A stretch of DNA of 64,000 nucleotides, taken from the IMG/VR virus record IMGVR_UViG_3300002920_000061, positions 8,496 to 72,495 of that record; one strand, 5' to 3'. The notes beneath the pieces are model-generated. The model saw only the letters and a program-made list of their open reading frames with translations, ran no database searches and was not told the origin of the DNA. The position numbers and the translations under genes were made by a program. Position 1 is the first letter of the stretch. Every line of letters starts with the position of its first letter. Positions 35,700 through 45,735 of the stretch are shown piece by piece. The stretch is from a virus.

Positions 35700-36656
35700 A
35701 TGAAGTCTATTTTTATAGGAGATCCACACGTTCAGCCCTCTAATTTAGAGGATATGAAAAAGATCTTTGATCTTGTTGAACGCACTCAGAACACATTCAA
35801 AGCAGACACTTTGATAGTATTGGGTGATTTGTTTCACACTCACGCTGTCTTGCGACTTGAGGTTGTAAACTTCTGGCAGCGAACCATCATTCGTATGTCT
35901 GGTGTGTTCTCTAATGTCATTCTGCTTGTAGGCAACCACGATCTTATTGGCGATAAGCAAAGGGAAGGGCATATGTCAGCTCTTGACACCTTAAAGATAG
36001 GCCTTAAGAACGTAAAGATTATAGATAGGCCAACAATTCACGATAGTTGGGGATTTATGCCCTATTTTTCTGATAGTGAGAAGTTTATTGAAGAAGCTAA
36101 TAAGCTATCAGAAGTAGGGGTAAAAACTCTTGTTTGCCATCAAACATTTCAAGGGTCTCAATTCGAAAATGGGTTCTATGCCCCTGAGGGTATTGACCAG
36201 AATAGGCTACTTTTTACAAATATAGTTTCTGGGCACATCCACAAAACCCAGACAATAGGAAAAGTATTTTACCCCGGCACACCCAAGTGGGACACCTTAT
36301 CGGATGCAAACGAGATAAAAGGGATATGGACATTTGATGGACAGTGGAATATGGTGGACACTTCACAAGTGGTTGAGCCTATTAGAACAATTTTGTTAAC
36401 TCCCGATTCCGATACACAAAATCTAAAGCTAGGCCCAAAGACTTTTATTGAGCTAATTGGTCACTCTACTTGGATTAAACAGACAAGCAAAAATCTTAAA
36501 GGTAGGTGCAAAATCGTCGCACGTCCTACAGACAGTATAGAAAGAAAGGCCAAGTCCAAAAGCTCAAAAACGATTTTTGAATACCTTGAAAATTACAATG
36601 GAGTTACAAACAAAAATAGTGTACGATCTTACTTGGAGAACTTATGCGTCAAGTAA
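35700..36656 (+). CDS. Mre11/SbcD/gp47-like metallophosphoesterase nuclease
   Basis: GDPH, GDLFH, GNHD, CHQ, GHIH. Confidence 0.9.
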   Translation: MKSIFIGDPHVQPSNLEDMKKIFDLVERTQNTFKADTLIVLGDLFHTHAVLRLEVVNFWQRTIIRMSGVFSNVILLVGNHDLIGDKQREGHMSALDTLKIGLKNVKIIDRPTIHDSWGFMPYFSDSEKFIEEANKLSEVGVKTLVCHQTFQGSQFENGFYAPEGIDQNRLLFTNIVSGHIHKTQTIGKVFYPGTPKWDTLSDANEIKGIWTFDGQWNMVDTSQVVEPIRTILLTPDSDTQNLKLGPKTFIELIGHSTWIKQTSKNLKGRCKIVARPTDSIERKAKSKSSKTIFEYLENYNGVTNKNSVRSYLENLCVK

Positions 36657-37009
36657 ATTCTGAAATTCTTAAAGACCTAAAAAAGGGGGCAATCCTTACA
36701 GGTCGTTTATCTGAAGTTCATGTTAAAACCTTACAAAGCGCCCCATTTGTTTTCTTTGATGGTCTTATAGAGGTCAAGGTTTCCTACAACCTAGTTTTTG
36801 ATAGCGCAGCCGAGGTGCCCGGTATAGGATCTACAGTAAAGTTTACTTTAGATTTTGGCTCACCATATGAACCTGACCAATACCACGAGCAGAGATTGAA
36901 TGCTCTTATAGCTACAGTACACACCTTACTATGGCCTGAGGTAGAGGTTATAGTTGTAGACCAAGAAGGGAATGTTTTGAAAAATGTCGCAGATAGAAAA
37001 AAAGGATAG
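36644..37009 (+). CDS. Hypothetical protein
   Basis: Overlap-coupled ORF, 121 aa. Confidence 0.6.
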   Translation: MRQVNSEILKDLKKGAILTGRLSEVHVKTLQSAPFVFFDGLIEVKVSYNLVFDSAAEVPGIGSTVKFTLDFGSPYEPDQYHEQRLNALIATVHTLLWPEVEVIVVDQEGNVLKNVADRKKG

Positions 37010-37643
37010 AAAATTCCCACCAGACATGACCCCTAAAGAGATCGCAGATCTTGAGCGATTTATAGAACAGGGGCTGCCCGGTGTTGCTTTAAGGCCAGAC
37101 CAAATTGCAACAGCTCTTCAGTTGTACATAAACGGTGCTTCGTATCATGAGATATCCATAAAGCTAGGCGTAAAGAAATACGTTGTCACATTCCATAGTT
37201 GGAAATACAACTTTTACGAAACTAAAATGGAAACCTTATCAAGGATTGCTGAGTCTGTTCAGAATAAGGTTGAGATTGCAGGTATGAAGGGTATTGATTT
37301 AATGACGGATGTTATGGGTATTCTTGAACTATACTATAGGGATGTCCTTAACAAATATATGCTTACTAAAGATCGTCGTGTAATTGAAAATGCGGATTTT
37401 GAAAAATTTAAGTTATTTATGAAATGCTTGGAAACCATACATAAACTCAAAAATCCCGACGGTGGAAACAATAACAAGACACCTGCAATGGGATTAAATT
37501 TGCCAAATGGCGGTATTTTAAAGAAAATCGATGATAATACAGTAGAAGTGTCGCCATTAAACACTAACACAAACACCATGAGCAAACTTGGAGATGTCTT
37601 AAAAGCATTATCTGAGTTTAGAGAAAAAAAGGAGAGTAAATAA
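36984..37643 (+). CDS. HTH plus helical protein (terminase-small-subunit-like architecture, uncertain)
   Basis: ALQLYINGASYHEISIKLGVKK HTH followed by long helices. Confidence 0.45.
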   Translation: MSQIEKKDRKFPPDMTPKEIADLERFIEQGLPGVALRPDQIATALQLYINGASYHEISIKLGVKKYVVTFHSWKYNFYETKMETLSRIAESVQNKVEIAGMKGIDLMTDVMGILELYYRDVLNKYMLTKDRRVIENADFEKFKLFMKCLETIHKLKNPDGGNNNKTPAMGLNLPNGGILKKIDDNTVEVSPLNTNTNTMSKLGDVLKALSEFREKKESK

Positions 37644-38542
37644 TGACCAAAGTTCAGCAAAGAGCCAACAAGATGAAACAGCGTATAAAGAAGCGTTTAA
37701 ACAAGGCAAAGAAAAAAGTCAATTTGATTTATAGAAAAGTCAAAAAAATCTTATTTAGCTTTATCCCCTCTACTGTAAATTACATTATTGTGGCTGTCTT
37801 AGCAATAGCTCTAATAGGTCTTGTTGGTTACATATACTACAAAATCAAAACACCACACCCTTCTAGCTATACCGTAATGGTTACAGATATGGTAGGAAAT
37901 CGTGGTGGTTCTGGTGTTGTTATCAAAAACACGCCAAGTGAGTCTTTCATTTTAACCAACCAACACGTATGTGATGGGGCCCTAAAGATGGGCGGAAAGA
38001 TTAAGCGCACTAACGGAGAATATCATGTAGTGACTGGATATCTTACAGACATAGAGCATGATCTGTGTGTTTTGACTGTTGCTGCGGATCTTGAGCAAAG
38101 TATTCGGATTGCTGATTCAGCTCCTGCTATTTACACAGAAGCAACTATCACTGGTCATCCCGATTTAATGCCAAATATTATCACAAAAGGTCATTTTGGA
38201 GGCCGAGAAATTATCAAGTTAGTAGTTGGCTCTAGAAAATGTACTGATTCTGACCTTACAAACGTAAACATTTCTTTATATTGTATGTTTTTTGGCGCAG
38301 TTCCAGTCACCAGACTCTATGAATCTCAAGTAGTTTCTGCTACAATCATGAGCGGGTCAAGTGGGAGTGCCGTTCTAAATGAGCGCGGTGAGCTTGCAGG
38401 GCTTGTTTTTGCTGGAAACGATAAAGGTCTAAGCTATGCTTACATCGTACCATACGAGGCTATTAAAAACTTTGCAGAAACTGCTATAATTAAAATGTCT
38501 AAGGGAAACAAAAAGAGACCTTGGTTAGAATTAGGGCTTTAA
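37643..38542 (+). CDS. Membrane-anchored trypsin-like serine protease
   Basis: Basic N-terminus, TM YIIVAVLAIALIGLVGYIYY, GSGV, TNQHV (His), DLCVL (Asp), GSSGS (Ser). Confidence 0.85.
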   Translation: MTKVQQRANKMKQRIKKRLNKAKKKVNLIYRKVKKILFSFIPSTVNYIIVAVLAIALIGLVGYIYYKIKTPHPSSYTVMVTDMVGNRGGSGVVIKNTPSESFILTNQHVCDGALKMGGKIKRTNGEYHVVTGYLTDIEHDLCVLTVAADLEQSIRIADSAPAIYTEATITGHPDLMPNIITKGHFGGREIIKLVVGSRKCTDSDLTNVNISLYCMFFGAVPVTRLYESQVVSATIMSGSSGSAVLNERGELAGLVFAGNDKGLSYAYIVPYEAIKNFAETAIIKMSKGNKKRPWLELGL

Positions 38543-38579
38543 CATTTTTCTTGTAAACTATGCAAATCTATGATAGTAT
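38538..38579 (+). promoter_or_regulatory. Promoter TTGTAA-17-TAGTAT (extended -10)
   Basis: 38538-38567 is 29/30 identical to 54261-54290. Confidence 0.75.
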
Positions 38580-38584
38580 AATCA

Positions 38585-38760
38585 ATAAGTTAGGCAGCCA
38601 TAAACGACCTTTATGGCTAATTTAGCCTAATTAAACCTGTGAAGAGGTAAAGTCTCTAGCCTTAAGAGTAATCTAAAGTAAAAACAACCTCTGTGAAGCA
38701 GGAAGTTAGCAGGAATTTTGCTCAGTAATGGGCAGGTTTGCGTAGGTATGACGGGAAATC
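38585..38760 (+). ncRNA. Structured RNA element, copy B
   Basis: UUAGGC-AGCCAUAAA/UUUAUGGCU-GCCUAA hairpin; CCUG/CAGG enclosing AGAGGU/ACCUCU; UGCUCA-GUAA-UGGGCA hairpin. Confidence 0.6.
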
Positions 38761-38763
38761 ATT

Positions 38764-39018
38764 ATGCCATTAGTTAGGTATATTTGTTCAGATCAAAACT
38801 GCAACACATCTTTCCCGATACTTTATCGCTCTGGTAAAGATGTAAAGGATAATGTTCCTTGTAAGAAATGTGGAAAAGAATCCAAAAGGATTTTATCAGC
38901 GCCTACATCTTCATCTAAAATAACAATAGACAACGGCCAACCTAGAGCTGTTGAGGTTAACGCAAATATTATTGAGCTACAAGAGGACAGAATAAAGCCG
39001 CCAAACCGAGGAGACTAA
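38764..39018 (+). CDS. FmdB-like zinc-ribbon protein
   Basis: MP..Y.CSDQNC..PCKKCG..RILSAP. Confidence 0.75.
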   Translation: MPLVRYICSDQNCNTSFPILYRSGKDVKDNVPCKKCGKESKRILSAPTSSSKITIDNGQPRAVEVNANIIELQEDRIKPPNRGD

Positions 39019-39019
39019 A

Positions 39020-41071
39020 GTGCTTAAATTAAAAAAATTAAGCCTGAAAAACGTAGGTCGGTTTGTTGGACAGCACGAGGTTGTATTTGACGGCAGGCCT
39101 ATGTTGGTCCAAGTAGACGCTCAAAATAACAACACTGGGGGCTCTTCTGGTGCTGGCAAAAGCACACTATTCAATTCGCTTGAATATCTTCTAGGTATAA
39201 ACAGTCTTCCTGCTACAGTTTTACAATCTCGCCTAACCAAAGATGCTATGTCTGTTTTTGGAGAGTTTGACTACGAAGGCAAAAGCATTGCGATAAAAAG
39301 GTCAAAATCAGATGGGTTGTCTATCTCTATTGATGGGGTTGAGATTGTTAGTGGAAATAACAAGGCAGCAGAGGAAAAGCTTGATGAGATTTTGGGTATT
39401 CCAAGAGACTTATTAAGGAAGATGATACACAAGCGTCAAAAAGAAGGTGGTTTCTTCTTAAACCTTACGCCTAAAGAGTGCCATGCTTTTCTTGCAGAAG
39501 CTCTTGATCTTAAGACATGGGCACAACGCCTAGCGATAGCAGAGCAGGACTATAAGAAATTCGACCAAGAAGTACAAACAACACAAGCTGCCTTGGAAGC
39601 TACGAAATCTGCTTTGGATTCTTCGCGCCAGAGCCTTTCTATGCTTCAGGAGCCTGTGCTTGACTGGGACCCTGCCATTTTGCCATCTCTAAAAAATAAC
39701 CTTGATAGAGCCGAAAACTTACTTAAGGACGAGCTATTAAAGCTTGACCAAGCTTTGGCTGCTATAGACAAACCCAAGGCGCCTACTAATATTGACAGGT
39801 CTTCTTTAGAACATCTTTCTAAGAAAATTCAGGATTTAAAAACCCAAGAAGCTAATGAAAGACAAATTGCTTTAGACAACTGGAACATTAAAACAAAGGA
39901 ATTAGCTCTTTTAGAATCCAAGCTTTCTGATTACAAAAAAATCATAGAGCTAGGAAAATCTTCGGCTTTACAGCTAGAAGATATTAAGTTAAAAATCGTT
40001 TCCATCAAGAATAATATCTGCCCTACTTGCAAACAGACATGGCATCAAGGCCATAGTGAGATCAACACATTGTTATTAGAAGCCAAAAAGAAAGCACAGG
40101 AGATACAACAGGCTAAGGCTTTAGAGCAGGAGATTCCAACACTTATAAAGCAGATACATGATAAGAAACTAGAGATTGAAAATGCAAAGAACGATATGAA
40201 CCTAAACAAGTTTTCCTTTCTTATCGCCAATGCTGAAGCAGAATACAAGGCAGAGAATGAGCGTTTAGAAAAAGAGCAACAGCTTATAAACCAAGCTTAT
40301 ATACAGGCTCTTGAGAGAGTAAGGCAGCAAGAAGAGTCTATACGTTCGAAGTTTTCAGAGACTATAGCCAACCTATCATACAACAGAGATGAACACAGAA
40401 AGCTATTTCTTCAAAAGAGTTCTGAGTTTGAGTCTTTTCAAAAGAACAAAGAGCTCTTTCTTAAGAATAAGGAATCTTTAGAGTTGGCTGTTAAAACACA
40501 GGAAAAACAGATATTGGATTTGACCGAAAAGAATAAAAAAGCTTTTGAGATGAGGGAAGTATCTACAGAGGCCGCAAAACTTATCAGAAGCTATATGAAC
40601 TATCTGTTCCAAGACGCCTTAGATTCAATAGCTGTAAAGGCCACACAGATATTGTCACGCATCCCCAATATGTCTACTGCCACTATATCTTTTGAGGGTT
40701 TTAAGGAAACAAAAGCAGGAGCAATAAAAGACGAGGTCACCGCAATCCTCACAATGGATGGAGAGGTTGACATACCAGTAAAGAGTATGTCTGGAGGCGA
40801 GAGAACTTCGATTGACCTTGCTGTTGATCTTGCTGTTATCGACATGATTGAAGAAAGGGCTGGGAAGGGCTTGGATATATTCATTCTAGATGAGCCTTTT
40901 GATGGCTTAGACTCTATTTGCAGAGAACAATGTCTGCAAATTTTACAAACTCATGTTTCTGGCAAGAGAATAGTGATTGTTGACCACTCAAATGAAACTA
41001 AAGAACTTGTCCACGACAGAATCGTGGTTATTAGAGATGGGCAAGAAAGTCGGATATGTGATACACTGTAA
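39020..41071 (+). CDS. Rad50/SbcC/gp46-like ATPase
   Basis: GSSGAGKS, coiled coils with CPTC zinc hook, MSGGE, ILDEPF, VDH. Confidence 0.92.
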   Translation: MLKLKKLSLKNVGRFVGQHEVVFDGRPMLVQVDAQNNNTGGSSGAGKSTLFNSLEYLLGINSLPATVLQSRLTKDAMSVFGEFDYEGKSIAIKRSKSDGLSISIDGVEIVSGNNKAAEEKLDEILGIPRDLLRKMIHKRQKEGGFFLNLTPKECHAFLAEALDLKTWAQRLAIAEQDYKKFDQEVQTTQAALEATKSALDSSRQSLSMLQEPVLDWDPAILPSLKNNLDRAENLLKDELLKLDQALAAIDKPKAPTNIDRSSLEHLSKKIQDLKTQEANERQIALDNWNIKTKELALLESKLSDYKKIIELGKSSALQLEDIKLKIVSIKNNICPTCKQTWHQGHSEINTLLLEAKKKAQEIQQAKALEQEIPTLIKQIHDKKLEIENAKNDMNLNKFSFLIANAEAEYKAENERLEKEQQLINQAYIQALERVRQQEESIRSKFSETIANLSYNRDEHRKLFLQKSSEFESFQKNKELFLKNKESLELAVKTQEKQILDLTEKNKKAFEMREVSTEAAKLIRSYMNYLFQDALDSIAVKATQILSRIPNMSTATISFEGFKETKAGAIKDEVTAILTMDGEVDIPVKSMSGGERTSIDLAVDLAVIDMIEERAGKGLDIFILDEPFDGLDSICREQCLQILQTHVSGKRIVIVDHSNETKELVHDRIVVIRDGQESRICDTL

Positions 41072-41162
41072 AAGTGAGGGTTCAGGTGCGTGTGTATTTC
41101 ATCACTGAATCTGTGATATTTTTATGGCATAAGAAAAAAGTTTATTAAAAAGGGAGACAATA

Positions 41163-41465
41163 ATGGCTACAAAAGGAAAGAAAAGTTTTCGCGAAATAGT
41201 AGAGAGTGAGCATTCAGAATGGGTTTCAACAGTACAAGGACTCTCTATAGAAGAGCTTGATAATATGATCCTACGATATGCAAAGTATCGTGAAGAGATT
41301 AAGGAGTCCCGTGAGAAGGACGAACAGTTAAATGAAGCAAAAGAGCTTGTAAAAGAGCTTAGCGCTCCTTATCGAGAGAATCTAAAAATTAACGAGCAAA
41401 AGACTAAATATCTAATCATGCTTCTTGGCGAAAAAGGCGGAAACACTTCGGGCGCTATTAAGTAA
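41163..41465 (+). CDS. Hypothetical coiled-coil protein
   Basis: GGGAG RBS, 100 aa. Confidence 0.7.
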   Translation: MATKGKKSFREIVESEHSEWVSTVQGLSIEELDNMILRYAKYREEIKESREKDEQLNEAKELVKELSAPYRENLKINEQKTKYLIMLLGEKGGNTSGAIK

Positions 41466-41471
41466 GTAGAA

Positions 41472-42065
41472 ATGGCCAAAAAAGATAGGTCGCCCTATGA
41501 TGATAACGGTCGCTGGGTAGAAGAAAGAGCCCGAGTAAAAGGCGCTATTCGTCGTGTTTTTCGTCTATCTCCACAGATGAAAGAAGTTCTTCAAGCAGCT
41601 CGCGTAGAGCTGCCGCCAGCTTTGAAGAAAGACGGAACACCCGGGTCTAGAAAACAAGTAAGGTATCGTTGTGCCTGCTGTGGTGGCTTGTTTTCTCAAA
41701 AGCACGTTCAGATTGACCATATAGAGCCAGTGGTGCCTTTATGGATGAGTGAAGCTGATATGTCGTACGATGATATTGTTAGAGGTATCATCTGTGATAA
41801 GTCAAATCTTCAGGTTATTTGTTCAATACCACTTAAACTAAATGGGGGCAAGCCAAGCTGTCATAGGCTTAAAACTAATGAAGAAAATTTTATTCGTGAC
41901 TATTTGGCAAAAATAGATCGTGATAAACTAAACATAGACATTCATTTGGAAGAAGCAAGGAATGCTTACCAAGACTACCTTAAAAAGAAGGAAGAGGAAA
42001 GAAAAGCTAAGGAAGCTCGTAAATTGGAAAGATTACGCAAGAAAAAACAGAATAGAGGTAAGTAA
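41472..42065 (+). CDS. HNH endonuclease
   Basis: CACC..QIDHIEP..NLQVIC..CHRLKT. Confidence 0.85.
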   Translation: MAKKDRSPYDDNGRWVEERARVKGAIRRVFRLSPQMKEVLQAARVELPPALKKDGTPGSRKQVRYRCACCGGLFSQKHVQIDHIEPVVPLWMSEADMSYDDIVRGIICDKSNLQVICSIPLKLNGGKPSCHRLKTNEENFIRDYLAKIDRDKLNIDIHLEEARNAYQDYLKKKEEERKAKEARKLERLRKKKQNRGK

Positions 42066-43021
42066 TGAAACTTTGTGATAAAAGATTGGTGTACGCACCT
42101 TTTGTTTATCCGCAAGCATACGAATATTTTATGAGACAAAATCAGGCGTTTTGGCTTCATACAGAAATATCGATGGTTTCTGATATGAACGACTGGAATC
42201 AAACATTAACAGAGGCCCAGAAAATGATATTGGGCAACACTTTAAAAGGATTTGTTCAGCCAGAGACTATTGTTGGTGATTATTGGAGAAAGGTGGCACA
42301 ATGGTTCCCTCATCCTGAAATCGGCATGATGTCTGCGGCTTTTTCTGGTATGGAAGCTATCCATACTGCTGGATATGCATATCTTAATCAATCCATGGGG
42401 TTAGAGGATTTCGAATCCTTCATGAAAGAACCTGCCGCAAAGGCAAAAATTGATAGATTGCTTTCAACTAAAGACGAAGATCTTTCATCAATTGCAAGGT
42501 CACTAGCCGTCTTTTCTGGATTTACTGAAGGTGTTAGCTTATTCTCTAGCTTTGCCATTCTTATGAATTTTTCTCGTTATAACCTGATGAAGGGCTTAGG
42601 CCAGATTGTTACATTCTCGGTACGTGACGAGTCGTTACACAGCGAAGGGGGCTGCTGGCTTTTTAGGCAGTTAATAAGCGAGTATCCAGAGCTATGGGTA
42701 GATGAACTTAAAAAAGACATATACGACGCTGCTAGGCTTACGGTTCAGCTTGAAGATGACTTCATAGACTGGGTATTCTCTAAGGGTGAAATGGAAGGTT
42801 TAAACTCGCACGATCTCAAAAACTATATAAGACATCGTGCCAACACAAAACTTATAGACCTAGGCCTTAAATCAAACTGGAAGAACATCGATAAAGAGGC
42901 AGTGTCTAGAATAACAGAATGGTTTGATTTGATGGTTGCTGGCACAGAACATCAGGACTTCTTTGCTCAAAGGGTTTCTGCATACGGTAAAGCTACGATT
43001 AACTTCGATGATGCGTTTTAG
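42065..43021 (+). CDS. nrdB: Class I ribonucleotide reductase beta subunit
   Basis: FWLHTEI, EAIH..Y, EGVSLFSSF, RDESLH, DFF. Confidence 0.95.
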   Translation: MKLCDKRLVYAPFVYPQAYEYFMRQNQAFWLHTEISMVSDMNDWNQTLTEAQKMILGNTLKGFVQPETIVGDYWRKVAQWFPHPEIGMMSAAFSGMEAIHTAGYAYLNQSMGLEDFESFMKEPAAKAKIDRLLSTKDEDLSSIARSLAVFSGFTEGVSLFSSFAILMNFSRYNLMKGLGQIVTFSVRDESLHSEGGCWLFRQLISEYPELWVDELKKDIYDAARLTVQLEDDFIDWVFSKGEMEGLNSHDLKNYIRHRANTKLIDLGLKSNWKNIDKEAVSRITEWFDLMVAGTEHQDFFAQRVSAYGKATINFDDAF

Positions 43022-43029
43022 GAGACAGT

Positions 43030-44754
43030 ATGGATTTATTGCAAACTTTAAAAGATAAGGGTGATGCGCCTGAGTGGTTGACTATAGAAGGATTAAAAAC
43101 TTTGCAAGGTGGATACCTACTTGAAGGTGAAACTCCACGCGATGCATATCGCAGGGTGGCAAACGCTGCTGCTAAGGCTTTAGTGTTGTCGGGGTATAAG
43201 TCTCACACCCAAAGCTTTCTTGAAGATAAATTTTTTGATATGATGTGGAAGAACTGGCTCTGTCCAGCTACTCCTGTGTTGGCAAATATGGGGACAGAGA
43301 GAGGGCTTCCTATATCTTGTTTTGGTTCTTATGTAGAAGATACCTTGGTTGGCATCATGGACGCCCAGAAAGAGGTTGCCATGATGTCCAAGTATGGCGG
43401 AGGAACTTCGGGATACTTTGGGGATGTAAGACCTGCTGGCTCTATTGTTAGGGGTACAGGCGGCATTTCAAACGGAACTATAGCATGGCTTAAAATGTTT
43501 GACTCTATGATAGCATCCGTTTCTCAGGGCGGAGTTCGTAGAGGTGCTTTTGCAGGCTATGAGCCAATTGAACATAAAGACGCTCCTGATTTTATGCGTA
43601 TACGCCGACCAGAAGGCGACCCCAATAGACAATGCTTAAATCTCCACCACGGTTTTTCTATTGGTGATGATTTCATGCACAAGGTTTTGGATGGCTCAAA
43701 ACACGAAAGAAAGCTATGGCTTGATGTCTTAAAAACACGGTCTGAAACTGGTGAGCCTTATATCTTTTTCCGTGATACTGCCCAAAGGTCAGATCCTCCT
43801 TGGTATAAGGCCAAGGGATGGTCTACAAAAAATTCCAACCTTTGCACTGAAATCATGTTGCACGTAGATAAAGATAGGAGTTTTGTTTGTTGTCTTAGCT
43901 CTATTAATCTGGTTAGGTGGAACGAGTTTAAAGATAATACTGATTCCATTTTCTTTATGACTCTTTTCCTTGATGGTGTTATGACAGAGTTTATTTATAA
44001 AGCTAAACATCTTGTTGGTATGGATAGGGCTGTGAGATTTGCAGAAGAATCTAGGGCTTTAGGTCTTGGTGTTCTTGGTTATCACACCCTACTTCAAGAA
44101 AACATGATTCCTTTTGATAGTTTTGAAGCTATGAGACTAAATGCGGAGATATTTAGAACCCTACAATCTGAGGCTATTAGAGCATCTGAGCATTTAGCAA
44201 AAGAGCTTGGTGAGCCTGAGCTTCTTAAAGGCTTTGGCCGAAGAAATTCTCATTTAATAGCTGTGGCTCCTACAGCCTCAAACAGTATTATTAGCGGTAA
44301 TGTGTCTCCGGGTATTGAACCGATTGCGGCCAATGCTTTTGTTAAAAAAACGGCCAAAGGGGTTTTTATACAGTACAATCCTACATTGAAAAAATTACTA
44401 GCTTCAAAAGGTAAAGATAATGAGGATGTGTGGAAAACGATTATTAAAAACGAAGGTAGTGTTCAGAGTCTTTCTTTCTTAACCAAGGAAGAGAAAGAGG
44501 TTTTCCTTACTGCTAGAGAGATAAACCAGTACGCTATTATAAAACAGGCAGCTCAAAGGCAGAAATGGATTGATCAGGGCCAGTCTGTAAATTTGTTCTT
44601 TGCTAGTAATTCTGACCCTAAATATATTAATGGAGTTCATATAGCCGCTTGGAAAGAAGGCTTAAAAAGCTTATACTACTTTAGGTCATCCTCACCGCTT
44701 AGGGCAGACATGGCATCTAGGGATGAGTCGGAATGTAAGGCTTGTGAAGGATAA
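43030..44754 (+). CDS. nrdA: Class I ribonucleotide reductase alpha subunit (short, no ATP cone)
   Basis: PATP, PISCF, GEPY, SNLCTEI, CCLSS, APTAS, DQGQS, SLYY. Confidence 0.95.
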   Translation: MDLLQTLKDKGDAPEWLTIEGLKTLQGGYLLEGETPRDAYRRVANAAAKALVLSGYKSHTQSFLEDKFFDMMWKNWLCPATPVLANMGTERGLPISCFGSYVEDTLVGIMDAQKEVAMMSKYGGGTSGYFGDVRPAGSIVRGTGGISNGTIAWLKMFDSMIASVSQGGVRRGAFAGYEPIEHKDAPDFMRIRRPEGDPNRQCLNLHHGFSIGDDFMHKVLDGSKHERKLWLDVLKTRSETGEPYIFFRDTAQRSDPPWYKAKGWSTKNSNLCTEIMLHVDKDRSFVCCLSSINLVRWNEFKDNTDSIFFMTLFLDGVMTEFIYKAKHLVGMDRAVRFAEESRALGLGVLGYHTLLQENMIPFDSFEAMRLNAEIFRTLQSEAIRASEHLAKELGEPELLKGFGRRNSHLIAVAPTASNSIISGNVSPGIEPIAANAFVKKTAKGVFIQYNPTLKKLLASKGKDNEDVWKTIIKNEGSVQSLSFLTKEEKEVFLTAREINQYAIIKQAAQRQKWIDQGQSVNLFFASNSDPKYINGVHIAAWKEGLKSLYYFRSSSPLRADMASRDESECKACEG

Positions 44755-44796
44755 ACTCAGAACTATATGATATATATTTTGTAATAAGGAGTTTGT

Positions 44797-45696
44797 ATGG
44801 CAGAAGATAGTTTCTGGGAAACAGAAGACGTAATGAGCGAAGAAGAGGCTAGGCAGGCCATGGAGAGTATTTCAAACAGAGAAGAAGAGTCAGAAGAAAA
44901 GTACGAAGAGCAACCACAAGGTCAGTACAATCAGCCCCAACAAGAAGAGGATTATGACGACGAAGAGTTCGATAAGCTTGTGCTAAAAGATGCTAGCCTG
45001 CGCCTTGAGCAAGGCAATCTCTATAAAATGCTCCTAAAGCACGACCTTTTTGAAGGGGTTGATGCCGACCCTCGTGCTATAGCAAATGTGCAGCGTGAAT
45101 TACGATCCTTTATACGTGAGCGTTTAGAGATATTGGTTGGTTTAAAACCAGATCCAAAGATTGTACCCAAAACTGTACAGGTGCAGCTACCTTTTACCGA
45201 TCTGGAAATTCAACTTTTAAAAGAGTTTCTGTCAAAAGTTACAAGCAAAACAGAGCAACCTAAGCCTGCAACATTGCGGCCATCTACTATCGAAAAGCCT
45301 GTGCAAGCAAAAATAAAACCTGTAATTGGAAATAGCAATGTGAAAGTTTCGGCCCCTAAGAAAGCTAATTCCCAACCTCAGCCCGTTAAAACAAATCCTA
45401 CAGTAAACGAAGAGCCAAGGCTTTCAAAGCCTCCTTATGAGATGACCCCTCAGGAACTTATAGAATATAATAAGAAAATAGTGACGTCACGTCAACAAGG
45501 CAAGAAAGCAATATCCCCAAAACGTATACCTATGCCTGATGCTCAACAGATAGAAAATATGTACGCTACACGTATTCAGACTAACGAGGGATCAAATCTG
45601 ATTAGCGCTATCCTTACCAAGATGGGTAAAGGGCCTCCTTCACTGATAGAAAATGTGGGAGGCTCTTATGATGATTATAACGACGGAAGAATATGA
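44797..45696 (+). CDS. Hypothetical protein (acidic N-terminus, Pro/Lys-rich linker)
   Basis: AAGGAG RBS, 299 aa. Confidence 0.7.
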   Translation: MAEDSFWETEDVMSEEEARQAMESISNREEESEEKYEEQPQGQYNQPQQEEDYDDEEFDKLVLKDASLRLEQGNLYKMLLKHDLFEGVDADPRAIANVQRELRSFIRERLEILVGLKPDPKIVPKTVQVQLPFTDLEIQLLKEFLSKVTSKTEQPKPATLRPSTIEKPVQAKIKPVIGNSNVKVSAPKKANSQPQPVKTNPTVNEEPRLSKPPYEMTPQELIEYNKKIVTSRQQGKKAISPKRIPMPDAQQIENMYATRIQTNEGSNLISAILTKMGKGPPSLIENVGGSYDDYNDGRI

Positions 45697-45735
45697 TACA
45701 ATAAGTTTATAAATAAACATTAAAGGGAGACGAAA

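Noticed and set aside
38585-38760. Known riboswitch, hammerhead or HEARO/omega RNA
   Set aside because: Could not find their signature motifs in the right order; no adjacent IscB/TnpB.
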